From the NCBI GenBank assembly GCA_951406725.2, contig OX597824.1, forward strand, positions 35,836,001-35,900,000: a stretch of 64,000 nucleotides of DNA, written 5' to 3'. The translations under genes and the position numbers were made by a program. The notes under the pieces are model-generated. The model was not told the DNA's origin, ran no database searches, and saw only the letters and a program-made list of their open reading frames with translations. This stretch comes from Octopus vulgaris. Its lineage: Eukaryota. This document shows, in pieces, positions 51,697-64,000 of the stretch; the stretch's first letter is position 1, and every line of letters begins with the position of its first letter.

Positions 51697-52129
51697 TGTA
51701 ACAGGTTGAAAGGTCTGTAACACTGGAAGGGTGCAGGTCTTATCCCTTACATTAAATTATTTGTCGAAAGAAAAGCCAAGAATATCTTCAACAGCATAAA
51801 TATTTTTATTTTTCTGGATTCGCAATAATATATATATTTCCTTCAGGGCGAACCAGTAGCCATAGAGCTAGTCGCTGTAGTTAAGTGGTGTGAACCAAAT
51901 CCAGTCTCGTTCCAGCATAGTGTAGCGTCGCCATGTGGGAGCAGCTTAGGATAGCTGTGAGAACGCATCTGTTCTGTTCGACTGTCAGCTTCGAGAGAGA
52001 TCGATATGTGAGAAATTTTGCTGCTGCTAGTTCTCTGCACATGCGCATGAGGGAACTTCCAGCCGGCCTCCCGGAAGAAATCCAACACTGCACATGCATG
52101 CTGAAGACTTCCAAAATGACATCACTACA
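51697..52129 (-). mobile_element. Solo LTR (433 bp) nested in mariner
   Basis: TGTA...TACA termini with 4-bp TSD GTTT (51693-96, 52130-33). Removing it restores HKSLV|SMAAV. AATAAA on the minus strand. Confidence 0.8.
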
Positions 52130-52239
52130 GTTTCAATGGCTGCTGTGTGTGACTGTGACTATGAACAGGCTGATCAGCTTCCCTTTTCTCCTGATTTGTA
52201 CCCTTCTGACTATCATCTGCTCCCCAACAGGATGAAAGC

Positions 52240-52910
52240 TTGTTACCTATTTTCAATCCAGACAGAGAAAGTGCTCAGTCTGTTCTGGTTCATGAGGTGG
52301 AACTCTCAAAAGATCTGTTAGTTCCTACTTTCAATGTGGAGGTTGATAATTGATGATAACAAAATGGCTACTGAAGTTGCACAGATGACAGAAGTGGAAC
52401 CCCAAGAAGGCGAGATGTAGTGATTTTCTTTTGCTTTTTCTGACAAATTGGCCTTTTTACATCATATAAGACTTATATCTGATGCTTTCGTGGACAACAT
52501 TTCTGACTGTTCCTTCTGACATATGAAGATCTTTTGCAATTGACCTCATAGTCTTTCTGGAATTGTAATCAATGGTCTGTTGAACTTGCTGGATAAATTC
52601 AGATGTTCTGATGACTTCAGAACATTTAGAATGCTTTTTATGCTTTGATACTGGTGATACATTTCCATCTTCAGTCTCTAGCTCCTTACAAACTTTGTAG
52701 GTGAAAGATCTAGCAACTTTTAAAAATCGAGATATTTCTAAATTGCTATGCTCAGACTTTATAACCCCACTAACAGCATACTTCTTCATTTCTTTAGTAA
52801 GCTGAGGGTCTGCCATTATTATTTTCTGAAACAAAGATTATACAGAGTTAGCAAAAAATGCAGCAATAACCCAAAAGAGGGATGTCTTCAAATATCTTAC
52901 ACACCCTGTA
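52240..52910 (-). mobile_element. Tc1/maT-like transposon 5' fragment
   Basis: TA+CAGGGTG end at 52910. ORF 52457-52834 has HTH-like SNLEISRFLKVARSF and SIAKDLHMSEGTVRNVVHE. Confidence 0.7.
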
Positions 52911-53367
52911 TAGTTTACAATACTTACAACCTTCTTCAAAGTATCATTTAAAATGACAGATTTTGCTGATGTAAAATACAATTTAAAGAAATCAGTACAT
53001 TTAGTTCTTAAGATGTGCAATAAATCATTCAGTTTCAGCTGAAGCACCATCAATGCACACACCTACCAAATTAGTAAAACTTAGTCTTACTTTATGATAT
53101 TGCTCTTTGAAGTTGTTAAAAATATCTATCCCTCACGGCCTTCCTTTAAAGGTGCCCCAAGAAAATAATTCTTCATATAATTGAAAATCATCAGTTAGCA
53201 CAAATAAATTTCAATACTTATGCTGAATCAGTGGAATCTGTCGATTCATCCAAATCTACTGAGCAATATACATTTTGTTTTTGGATTATATTTTTCAATT
53301 GCTCTGTTACATTACAGAGCCAATTCATGCTGTCGATCTGTATTAGTCCTTCTTGAAAGAGGCACCT

Positions 53368-54069
53368 ACTCTCTTTACTTGTTTCAGTCATTTGACTGTG
53401 GCAATGCTGGAGTACCGCCTTTAGTCGAGCAAATCGACCCCCAGGACTTATTCTTTGTAAGCCTAGTACTTATTCTATTGGTCTCTTTTGCCGAACTGCT
53501 AAGTTACGGGGATGTAAACACACCATCATCAGTTGTCAAGGGATGTTGGGGGGACAAACACAGACACACAAACATATACACACACATACTTATATATACA
53601 CTAGCAGTATCGCCCGGCGTTGCTCGGGTTTGTAAGGGAAATAACTATATAAGCATTTTTAGAGAGTTACTTCCCTTATATAATAGCGAAAAAATGCATT
53701 AAAATGGAAAAACATTATGGTAAATTTTTTTTTAAATCGTAGACTCATCGTAGACGCACGCTAATACCCAGAAGGGCTCGATATGAATCACGACTATAAG
53801 ATACCCGGTTTTGGTTAAACTGCACCGCAAAATGTGGGAGTAGTGAGGAATCTAAATCGTAGGAGACAGACACACAACTTCACTTTTATATATAAAGATA
53901 TATACGATGGGCTTCTTTCAGTTTCCATCTACCAAATCCACTCACAAGGCTTTGGTTGGCCCGAGGCTATAGTAGAAGACATTTGCCCAAGGTGCCATGC
54001 AGTGGGACTGAACCCAGAACCATGTGGTTGATAAGCAAGCTACTTACCACGCAGCCACTCCTGTTCCTA
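53368..54069 (-). mobile_element. SINE A split by a Helitron
   Basis: Family A halves on either side of 53601-53898. Confidence 0.85.
53601..53898 (-). mobile_element. Non-autonomous Helitron
   Basis: Minus strand A|TCTTTATATATAAAAG ... cccgagcaacgccggg hairpin ... CTAG|T, with no TSD. Confidence 0.85.
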
Positions 54070-55566
54070 TTTATATTTGTTAATTTTATCGGGATCTATA
54101 CATCCTACCACTTCTAAAATACATTCCTTTATGAGTTCTGCATTGCTGAATGGCTTACCTTTTTTTCCAAGCAAGTATGAAACTTTATAGCTGGCTTCTA
54201 TCATAGCATTCCCTTGATGCAACACAGATTGGAAAAATAGTCTCCATTTTCAAGACTCACCCTCTTATTTGGCATATTCATTGTCTTTATGAAGAGCATA
54301 ATGTTGCTGTGCATTGAATTTCTTAACCATTACAATTGTGATATTACAAAACAAGCAAGACATTTTGCCTCAACAATTTACTAAAAAATAATGCAATTTC
54401 CATTCTTCATTGAAGATCCTGTTTCCTTCTTTCAAAGTTCATTTTAATTTTTTTGACATAATTATGGTTTAAAAAGACATGTATTTATTCTTAAAAACCG
54501 TAAAAAAAATGAAAGTTTAATAATGAATAAGTAAAACCAGCCACAAACTGAACCAAATAAAACAGTTTTAGACAAGACATGATAAAGTTGCATCCAAAAA
54601 CCATGTCTTTGGTTTTGACTTTAGCAATTGTTACTACCATTTGAGACTGAACAACATTTAGATTAGCTATAATTTTTTTCTGTAATTAGTACTATTATTT
54701 ATCATTACCTAATTGTTGCAGAAATAATGTCAAATATCGTCAGTTTCCAATCTCACAAAATAATGACAATTTTTTGTGACCAACATTCCAAGAACATGGT
54801 TTCTGACACTGGTTGATAGTGTCTTGTTTAGGCCTGTTTTGTTCTGAAGCAGTATGCAGCAAGCTTAACAGAGTAGCAATGAATACGATCAACGTATCAC
54901 TTATCAAGGCTCAATGATAAAAAGCAAGTCTGTAAAATTAATGTATGCACTGATGGATTAACAGTTTCAAATAAGGCTATAACTAACTCAGTCACACAAA
55001 ACAAGCCAGTATGAAGTTGGCCATGACTATGCAATTACTAAGTAAAATATGTAGCACAGATCACAATGAAAAGGTAGATGAGACAGGAACTCTTTGTGTA
55101 TCGTACATGAAGTCACTTACTCCTACTAGGCTGGTGTAGCTGACAAGGAAATATTACCTCTGTATACTTGTTTCTTTAGGTTTAAATTCATTGGATTAAA
55201 AAATAAAATGCTTCCAATCTCTTGAAGTGACATCACTAAACACAGTTAACTTTCCTTTCATCTATGTGTGTTTGTATTGTAAGTTTAGGACGTATAATGA
55301 TTCAATGTCAAAAAATATTCAATGTCAAAAAAGAAAGAAAATATACCACTGGCTGCAGACAGCCGCATTTGGTGGCCTGGAAAGCCACATCTCTGGACTA
55401 ACCCCTTCCTCTGAAATTGCTGGCCTTCTGCCAAATTTTAAAACCCTTATTTGATAGTTTCTTGCTACAAATATTAGATGACTACAAAAACAAGAAAATA
55501 TATACATTCCTTAAATCCTTAAAAATGTTTTAGCCCAAAGGCCGTGGCCATGCTGGTGCACCACCG

Positions 55567-55727
55567 ATTATTTACATTTGACGGATATTTATCCTCATCT
55601 TGTTTGTTGTTGACACAATATTTCAGCTGATGTACCCTCCAGCCTTCATCAAGTGTCTTGGGGAATTTTCAAACCTGGGTTCTCATTCCTGAAGTATTTT
55701 TTGATGTTATTATTATTATTATTATTA

Positions 55728-55763
<36 letters not shown>

Positions 55764-55919
55764 TCACTGCCTGGAATCGAACTTGGAATCTTGGGGTTAG
55801 TAGCCTGCACTCTTAACCACTACATCATATGCCCATGGGCATGTTAACAACAAACAAAATGAGGACAAATATCGGTCAAATGTAAATAATGTACATAATA
55901 TCTCTTAAATATAGAACTG
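55567..55919 (-). mobile_element. tRNA-headed hammerhead element, copy 2, with inverted 3' arm
   Basis: Colinear with 10880-11145. Hammerhead at 55612-55657 has a mutated core (UUGAUGA). Inverted arm at 55841-55890. Confidence 0.75.
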
Positions 55920-56356
55920 AAGAAAATTGTATTACAACAATTATAAACTAGCAATCAGTGACATTTGACAACACTGAAACTCAATCCTGTCCTATCAAAT
56001 TTCTTGAAATATCAATAACCTTGCAAAGTAACAAACACAAATGCTAAAAAATTTTATATTTGAAATCACTTTTCTTTTCTATTTCCCTCTCTGCTATTGC
56101 AGAGAATCAGTGAATTCATCAAAAGGTTAAGATGGAAAGCATTTTATTATGACTCAGGTGGGGAAACACTTGATTAACAAATTGGATAATTATAACATGA
56201 AAACCTACAGAAACACCCCCTCACAATCCCACACAACTGAAACTAGAAAAAGACCTCATCAACATGGTGACAAAACTGAAATTCTCAAGAACTACAAACC
56301 ACATCCAGAAGAAATTAACTGACATTATCTCTCAAATAAAAAATTTTGATAACATA

Positions 56357-56770
56357 GGCGCAGGAGTGGCTGTGTGGTAAGTAGCTTGCTTACCAACCAC
56401 ATGGTTCCGGGTTCAGTCCCACTGCGTGGCATCTTGGGCAAGTGTCTTGTGCTATAGCCTCGGGCCGACCAATGCCTTGTGAGTGGATTTGGTAGACGGA
56501 AACTGAAAGAAGCCTGTCGTATATATGTATATATATATGTGTATGTGTGTGTGTATGTTTGTGTGTCTGTGTTTGTCCCCCTAGCATTGCTTGACAACCG
56601 ATGCTGGTGTGTTTACGTCCCCGTCACTTAGTGGTTCGGCAAAAGAGCCCGATAGAATAAGTACTAGGCTTACAAGGAATAAGTCCCGGGGTCGATTTGC
56701 TCGATTAAAGGCAGTGCTCCAGCATGGCCACAGTCAAATGACTGAAACAAGTAAAAAATAAAGATAAAAG
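56357..56770 (+). mobile_element. SINE A inserted in the PLE ORF
   Basis: Flanked by ata; removing it restores FDN|IHVLSDKTGN. Confidence 0.88.
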
Positions 56771-58077
56771 ATACATGTTCTTTCTGATAAAACAGGAAAC
56801 TTATATTTACTACCTATCGATGCCTATAATACCTTTATCTTGAAGGAATTGAGCTCTAAATGTAAAATAGTGGCCAATAATAGACTGAATGAAAATAATA
56901 AGGAACATTTCGATTTAATTAAGGAGCTAAAACTGCCGGATAGAACTGAACCCTATGCCCCTAAAATTCCACATTTCACTTTTAAGGACCACAAAGCTAA
57001 CTTCGAGAGCAGACCTAGCATTAGGCTAATCTTCCCAACCAAATCAGATTTGGGCAGAATTAGTAAGTCTATCATTAATAGAATTATCCCTTATGTTAAA
57101 AGAAACATGAGCCTCCCACTTTGGATATCCACAGGGAGGAGAAGGGAAATTATATGGTTCACACCCCACTTTTCCCTCCAGGTAAGAAACCTCCCTAAGT
57201 TATTTTTTAGCATTATCAATAGGAACTTCCTACTAGGTCATAAATATCACTCTATATTTAATAGATCCTGCCTTAAATTATCTTACTCAACCACACCCAA
57301 TCTAGGATCTATTATCGCAGCCAACAATAGCTGTAAACTTAGAAATAACGACACAAATAGAGATAACTTAGCTGACCTTAATATGAAGAACAATAATAAG
57401 AACCCTAATATTAAAAATAGAAAGACTAAACCTGGAAATAAAACATGTAATTGTCATAATAGGGAGCTTTGTCCTCTAAAAGGTTTCTGTTTAAGAAATG
57501 TCATATATAAAGTTTAAGTCTCAACCCTTAATGAACCTAAAAAGGTTTACACAGGTAGTACAATTGATTTTAAAATTAGATATAGAGTCCATACATACTC
57601 ATTCACTAACCACAAAACTAAAAATTCAACCACACTAGCTACCCACATCAATAAATTAAAAATGCACAATAAAGACTTTGGTCTAGATTGGTCTATAATA
57701 ATGGAATCCACACTATATAATACATACATGAAAAATTGCAATTTATGCACAAAGGAGGCAATCCACATAATCCATGCCAACCAAAATAGCTTACTTAATA
57801 AGACATCTGACATCATAATTACCTTAGACACAAATATTTTTCAACTTTTAAATTCTTCCCCAAAAATAATTAGCCTATAGGATCCTAATCTAGCCGTCCT
57901 TTATATTATGGACTCTTCTTAAAATACCCTTATATATAGCATCGTAATGTACCTTAACCTGTAATTTAAATTTTAATTGTATCATCTCCATGTAGAGTAT
58001 GGTTCGACTAAACATTCATTTTTCAAAAAATTCTCAAACCTCTCATATCTCTTAAAATTTCAACTCTTTGAATCCCT

Positions 58078-58167
58078 TAACTCTGATGAGAGAAGTATAG
58101 ATAACTGCTATGGTTGGAGTTAGCTCGCCCATATCAACCTATATCTTCTTGAAACAGGCGTAAGATT
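58078..58167 (+). ncRNA. Hammerhead with long stem II in the PLE 3' repeat
   Basis: CUGAUGA (58083), GAGAAG-UAUAG...CUAUA-u-CUUCUU, GAAAC aggc GUA. Stem I is short and mismatched. Confidence 0.65.
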
Positions 58168-58282
58168 TTGATTCTTCATGAATCCTTTTATACTAACTCT
58201 CTTATCTATGCTCCTCATTGATTCTAATATGGACATTCAGACTTCACAAGTACACCTATGTATTTATATATGTGTGTTTATA

Positions 58283-58688
58283 TACTCTTTTACTCTTTTA
58301 CTTGTTTAAGTCATTTGACTGTGGCCATGCTGGAGCACCGCTTTCTAGTCGAGTAAATCGACCCCGGGACTTATTCTTTGTAAGCCTAGTACTTATTCTA
58401 TCAGTCTCTTTTGCTGAACCGCCAAGTTACAGGACCTAAACACACCACCATCAGTTGTCAAGCAATGGTGGGGGGACAAACACAGACACAAACATATACA
58501 AACATACATATATACATATATACGACAGGCTTCTTCCAGTTTCCATCTACCAAATCCACTCACAAGGCTTTGGTCAGCTCGAGGCTATATTAGAAGACAC
58601 TTGCCCAAGGTGCCATGCAGTGGGAATGAACCCGGAACCATGTGGTTGGTAAACAAGCTACTTACCACACAGCCACTCCTGTGTCTAT
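58283..58688 (-). mobile_element. SINE A
   Basis: Reverse family A copy. Confidence 0.85.
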
Positions 58689-59002
58689 GTTTATGAATTA
58701 TGAATTTTTATGTGTTTGTAAATTTTTATATATTTATGAATTTTATATATTTATAAATCTTCGTATGTATATGTATTTATAAATTCTTATAAATTTTTAT
58801 CATATAAGTGTCTTTTACTATAGTGTATGTATGTATGTGTGTGTGTATGTATGTATGTATGTATGCATGTATGTATGTATGTATGTATGTATGTATGTAT
58901 GTATGTATGTATGTATGTATGTATGTATGTATGTATGTATGTGTGTGTGTGTATGTATGTATGTATGTATGTATGTATGTATGTATGTATGTGTGTATGT
59001 AG

Positions 59003-59040
<38 letters not shown>

Positions 59041-59129
59041 CTGTATACATGTAATATATGCATGTGATGGTTTCTCTTGCTGATTCCAATATATAAGGAT
59101 CAAATGGCTTTTTCTTTTCTTTTAACTTC

Positions 59130-62100
59130 TGACGTCTCTCATGAGACTTTAAGCCAGCCAATGATTCACAGACAACAGACAAGTTCATGAATTGGCCATA
59201 AGAGAAAACTGTTAAACAAAATAGTTCTTTTAGATTATTGAAACAGCTTAATTCATAAGTTTATTCTGTAATTATAGCAAGTTAACTTCCATTTGTTGAG
59301 AATCAATGCAGTTTTTTTCAAATGTTTCTGGGGGAATCTTTGTCATTTTCAGGTTAATTTTGAACTTATCCTTCTTCCTGAGCCATGGTTTTTGCTATGT
59401 TTCTCCTTCCATCATAGAGCTGGCTATACATTACATGATCAATCCATCTTAATTGAGATCACAAAAGAAAAGAGTCAATGCCACCAATTTCACATTTAGA
59501 GTATAGTTCAGTATTCAAAATTCTGTCATTCAGGTTGTATCCACAAATGTCCCAAAGACAGAGCTGTTGAAAGACATCAAGTTGGTTCATATGTGATCAA
59601 TAGGGTACCCAAGATTCTGATCCATACAGGAGAGAAGAAAGGACTATAGTTTTTGGGTGGAAATCTGCTTTAAGCACCCCATTTAATCCATCATAACTTT
59701 TATATATTTTGGTATTTAAGAAAATTCTTTCTAATGCTGATAGTAAAGTAAAGTTTCTTCCTGAGTCATAAAGGCCAGTTTCCATGGCATGTAAATTCTC
59801 CACATGGATAGGACACCAGTCTCTTTTACTCTTTTACTCTTTTGCTTGTTTCAGTCATTTGACTGCGGCCATGCTGGAGCACCGCCTTTAATCAAGCAAC
59901 TCAACCCTGAGACTTATTCTTTTGTAAGCCCAGTACTTATTCTATCGGTCTCTTTTGTCGAACCGCTAAGTGACGGGGACATAAACACACCAGCATCAGT
60001 TGTCAAGCAATGCTAGGGGGACAAACACAGACGCACAAACACACACACGCATATATATATATATATATACATATATGTGACGGGCTTCTTTCAGTTTCCG
60101 TCTACCAAATTCACTCACAAGGCTTTGGTCGGCCCGAGGCTATAGTAGAAGACACTTGCCCAAGGTGCCATGCAGTGGGACTGAACCCAGAACCATGTGG
60201 TTGGTAAACCACAGTATTACTCATCTTTGTCAGCTGAGTGGAGTGGAGCAACGTGAAATGAAATGTTTTGCTCAAGAACACAACACATCATCCAGTCCAG
60301 GAATTGAAACCACAATCTTACAATCATGAGTCCGACACCCTAACCACTAAGCTATGCACCTCCACTCTAATGCTAATGGTAAGACAGAGTATTACTCATA
60401 TTAGAGTAAAGAGTAACAATCTCCTGTGCTTCATTAATAGATGTCTCATCAAGAGCAGCAGCAGCAACAGTGAGCAAGAAGTCACATACCTTTGTCATTC
60501 AGACAATTGTTTTGGTTTTAACCCTTTAGCATTTAAACCAGCCATATCCTGCCCAAATATTCTACTTGTTTTATGTTCAAACTGGCCAGATCTTGCCTCT
60601 CACACCTACCCTGTAATGGCATTCTAAAAATATATAATTGTAAAAAGCACCATCGGAACGTAGTCAATAGGGTAATACCTGCAGTCCGGATTTTACATTT
60701 TGTGATTAATTTCACTTTTGCACGTATCAGGCAGTGGTCAGTCCAACATTCAGCCCCACAAAGAACATGAACACACTGCATATCTCATCTGTCACGCACC
60801 CTAACAAGGATGTAATCCAGAATGTGCCATTCTTTAGATGCAGGGTGCATCTTTGTTGTCTTAAACTTATTCTTTTGTTGAAACATGGTATTGGTAACAC
60901 AGACGTAGCTCCTCACACATCTGCAGCAGAAGCAATCCATTACTATTACACTTTTTTACCCCATGCTTTCCAATTACAGTCCATGTGTTAAAATTCCTAC
61001 CCACTCTTGCATTAAAGTCACCGAGTACAATGACTTTGTCTGCCCGAGGGATATTTCTTATAATGTCCTTCAAAACATGGTAGAAAGAAACTTTTTCATC
61101 ATCAATAGAGCACATAGTTAGAGCATACACACTCACCAAGGTCACATAGTTTCCTTTAACCAAAGGAATTCTCATGGACATAAGACGCTTGCTAATTCCG
61201 ACTGGGAATTCTTCCAACTTGTCCCCAAGAGTAGTCTTAACAGCAAATGCCACTCCAGACTCTCCTCTAAACTCTTCCTCACTGCCTTTCCAAAAGAATG
61301 TGTATTTTTCAAAAGATCCTGTAAGATGACCATCTCCAACTAATCTCATCTCAGATAAAGCAACAATGTCAAGATCATAGCATCAAAGCTTGTATGCAAC
61401 AAGAGCAGTCCTTCATTCAGGACATTCTGAGGACTTGCAGTCAAGTAGTGTCCATACATTCCAACAGCCAATATTCAATATTTTCTTTTGGTTCTATCAC
61501 AGTAGCACGATGACGACTGGGTTCAGACTGTGAAGCTCTGGATCGCCCTGCCAGGCCAGACTCTTTCATCTGATGTGGTTCCAGAGTTCTTACTGCTATT
61601 TAAATTTATACTGTTTTGGTACATCATTGATTGTTTGCTTTTTAAAGCTACAGCCAGCCATTCAGTTGAGACTCATAGCACTATCAACAATCATCAGTTA
61701 GTTAATTAATTAATTAATCAATCAATCAATATTGATATTGTGCAATGCCTGTGCAAGAAGATTTTTTTAAAACTGAGGAAAGGCTGTGCACCGAGTCAAT
61801 CCCACTCACTAAGCAACAGCAGCCATAACCCGAAAAGAAGAACAAGTCAACATCATCAGTAACCACTGAGCCGCTGGTTTTATGTCAGAGTTATCCCAGT
61901 TACCTGAGTTGCCTTCTCCTAGAAGGATGCCCCAACAAAGGCTAGGGGTCCTTCACTCCCAATGGTTTAACTGCATAATCGGGTATTCAGTCTGATTATT
62001 TCTATGTCCCCGTGCAAGATACAGCCATAGGCTGGATAAAATAGATATAGAACAAACAAAAAGAATAGATAAAAAATTGTACAATATATAAAAATATTGA

Positions 62101-62445
62101 TATACAATATATACATAAAATATACAATATGGAATACATAAGATTGACATACAATATATACAATTTCAAAACAATATACAATATGAACACTGATGCTGAA
62201 ATGCAATATGTACAATACACACAAACACTCCACAAACATACATAGTTGAATGGCCGTTGACTGCATTGTAGTTCCTCCACCCTTTGACGGGTCTTATTTT
62301 TTGTCCCGCAGGGTGTTCAACATGCACCCACCTCACCAAGCAAGCCTGGTGTGGCTGCCAGTTTAGTCGCTGCTGACCCGACCATGAAACAGGTTGTACT
62401 GGAGTACATGGTACAACTAGCAGTCAAGAGCAATCTGACATAATG
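59130..62445 (-). mobile_element. RTE LINE relic (5' UTR, AP endonuclease, RT C-terminus, zinc finger remnant), heavily deleted and interrupted
   Basis: IGCWNVWTL..DIVALSEMR..GVAFAVK..RLMSMRIPL..LVSVYA..VLGDFNARVG..NSNGLLLL. Also LSSLLYGSESWVPY and CESLAGLKSH. Interrupted by SINEs (59820-60385) and a MITE. Confidence 0.85.
62358..62414 (-). ncRNA. HDV-like ribozyme candidate at RTE 5' end (degenerate)
   Basis: P1 ACCAUG/CAUGGU, P2 CCAGU/ACUGG, L3 CC with downstream GG, short P4, then C-UAA before P2'. Confidence 0.4.
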
Positions 62446-62478
<33 letters not shown>

Positions 62479-63055
62479 GTATATATTATATATATATGAA
62501 CACCCTATCTGGAAAATTCCCCAGGGCTTTGTTTGAGACCTGTAGGACCATTTCTAATGTTTGGCCTCTCCAATTGATTGCTTCCTTCTTTTTCATTTCT
62601 AGAATCGTTACCGCTTCTTCGACATCATAAATAACAGCTGCCACCACCCACATTACATGATATCCTGCTGGAATTTCGTCGATTACAACCTTCGCTGTTC
62701 TGCAGCACAAGTACATGGGTAGTAGAATTATTTCATCATTCTTGAGGGTCCTTGTTGAGACCTCCTTGACTACGTTAGCCGTTTCGAACTGTGCTTCAAC
62801 AGTAGCACTTCTTGTTCCACGGCTAACGTAGCATATTAAATTCCATATTTAATAAAACGTACATGTCTAAATAGCTCAGGAACAGATTATATACTCAGCT
62901 GGGTCTAATTGCCTGCATGTACTACAAGAATATCATTCTGCCAGTACTTCTATACCAAGGTTGATATTTGCATAGTATTGTTGTGTGTGTATATTATTCC
63001 AATCTAACGTGGTGCCTCAACTTAAGTACTTAATACAACTGAATCTTACTTATAT

Positions 63056-63357
63056 TATGTGTGTTGTTTGTTCCTTCTCGAGCTATGCCTGGCTCAAAAG
63101 GGCCAGTTTCCCGGTTTCCTTGGTGTATAGGTTTCCCACCTGGATGGGATGCCAGTCCATCGCAGGTGAGCTGCTAGATGCAGGAGGAAAGAGTGAGAAA
63201 AAGTTGTGGCGAAAGACTCAGCAGAGGTTCGCCATTACCTTCTGCTGGAACCACGTGGAGCTTAGGTGTTTTGCTCATAAACACACACATCGCCCAGTCT
63301 GAGATTCAAACTCACGATCCCTCAACCGCAAGTCCGCTGCTCTAACCACTAGGCCAT
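63056..63357 (-). mobile_element. tRNA-derived SINE with V-type core
   Basis: Minus head tggcctagtggttagagcagcggac..gtttgaatc and central ctgcgatggactggcatcccatccagg. Confidence 0.7.
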
Positions 63358-63435
63358 GTGTGTGTGTGTGTGTGTGTGTTTGTGCGTGTGTGTGTTTGTG
63401 CGTGTGTGTGTAAATATATGATAAAAAAAATATAT

Positions 63436-63663
63436 TTAACCCTTTAGTGTTCATATTATTCTGTCAAATGTGATGTTTGTTTATTTATATTGTTTTGAAT
63501 TAATCATGCATTATCTTGTAGTTTAGAGATTACAGTGATGTGATTTTTTAGTTTTAGAATGACATGGTAGGGCTGAGGTGAGAGGTGGGATCTGGTCAGT
63601 TTCAATATAAAACAGATTAAATATTTTGGCCGGATATGGCTGGTTTGAATGCTAAAGGGTTAA
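63436..63663. mobile_element. piggyBac-type MITE
   Basis: TTAA-CCCTTTAG ... CTAAAGGG-TTAA; homologous to 41461-41687. Confidence 0.85.
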
Positions 63664-64000
63664 AAAGAAGTGAAATTGTTGTTATTTAGCCTCCAGTAAT
63701 CTATGATCAAAAAACATTCCATCTATGACAAGCTAGTCTCTTGTTTTCTCATTATACTTAAGACAACATTATCCCATGTATCCTTTCCAATTTCAAGTGA
63801 TGGGATATGATTTGATACAAGATTTAGCTGTTATTTGCTGACAAAATAAATATTCTATGACTTAATTACAACACTTGTTCTAAACAGAATTAAAAATAAG
63901 TATTTACACCCTCCTTGGTAAGTTATGTTGAATAAGTTTTAAAGCATTTAATATTCTCTGGAACGATGCCACAGTTGTCTGGTTGAGGCTTAGATATACA

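Larger units (their letters stand above)
50520..52240 (+). mobile_element. Mariner (DD34D) transposon relic with two nested insertions
   Basis: TA+caagtgtgggctgaaaagtt end. HTH region STVQKWEAEFRR..DDPRSG, then AGKVMASVF-like, HQDNASAH and FSPDLYPSDY motifs. Multiple frameshifts. Confidence 0.88.
55990..58250 (+). mobile_element. Penelope-like element, Naiad-type, RT core deleted
   Basis: RLRWKAFY, SDKTGNLY, FKDHKANF..RLIFPTKSDLGRISK, IIWFTPHFS, LKLSYSTTPNL, CNCHNRELCPLKGFC, VIY..VYTG (GIY-YIG), CNLCTKE, LLNKTSD. Premature TAA at 57515; hammerhead in the 3' region. Confidence 0.88.

Noticed and set aside
57515-57517. Selenocysteine recoding, as reported for some Naiad PLEs
   Set aside because: The in-frame stop is TAA, not TGA, and the conserved Cys codons are TGT/TGC.

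Overview
AT-rich, microsatellite- and SINE-dense animal DNA. The repeat families and (TA)n/(TG)n/(ATAC)n load point to a coleoid cephalopod, probably Octopus (inference from repeat recognition). The only host protein-coding gene is a BMP2/4 (dpp) orthologue on the + strand, join(18641..19142,21989..22986), 499 aa. It has a signal peptide, a poly-Ser tract, S2/S1 furin sites and a 7-Cys TGF-beta domain; a non-coding first exon must lie upstream. The rest is transposon debris: several tRNA-derived SINE families, R4/Dong, Tx1/L1 and RTE LINE relics, mariner/Tc1, piggyBac-type MITEs, Helitrons, a solo LTR and a Naiad-type Penelope-like element (PLE). The most notable hidden signal is a set of type I hammerhead ribozyme motifs in at least four unrelated PLE-type repeat families, often inside palindromes. 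One family is a tRNA-headed, SINE-like element that carries its own hammerhead. In two families one arm begins at the predicted cleavage site. An HDV-like ribozyme candidate sits at the 5' end of the RTE element. All structures were read by eye, with no folding software or database searches.
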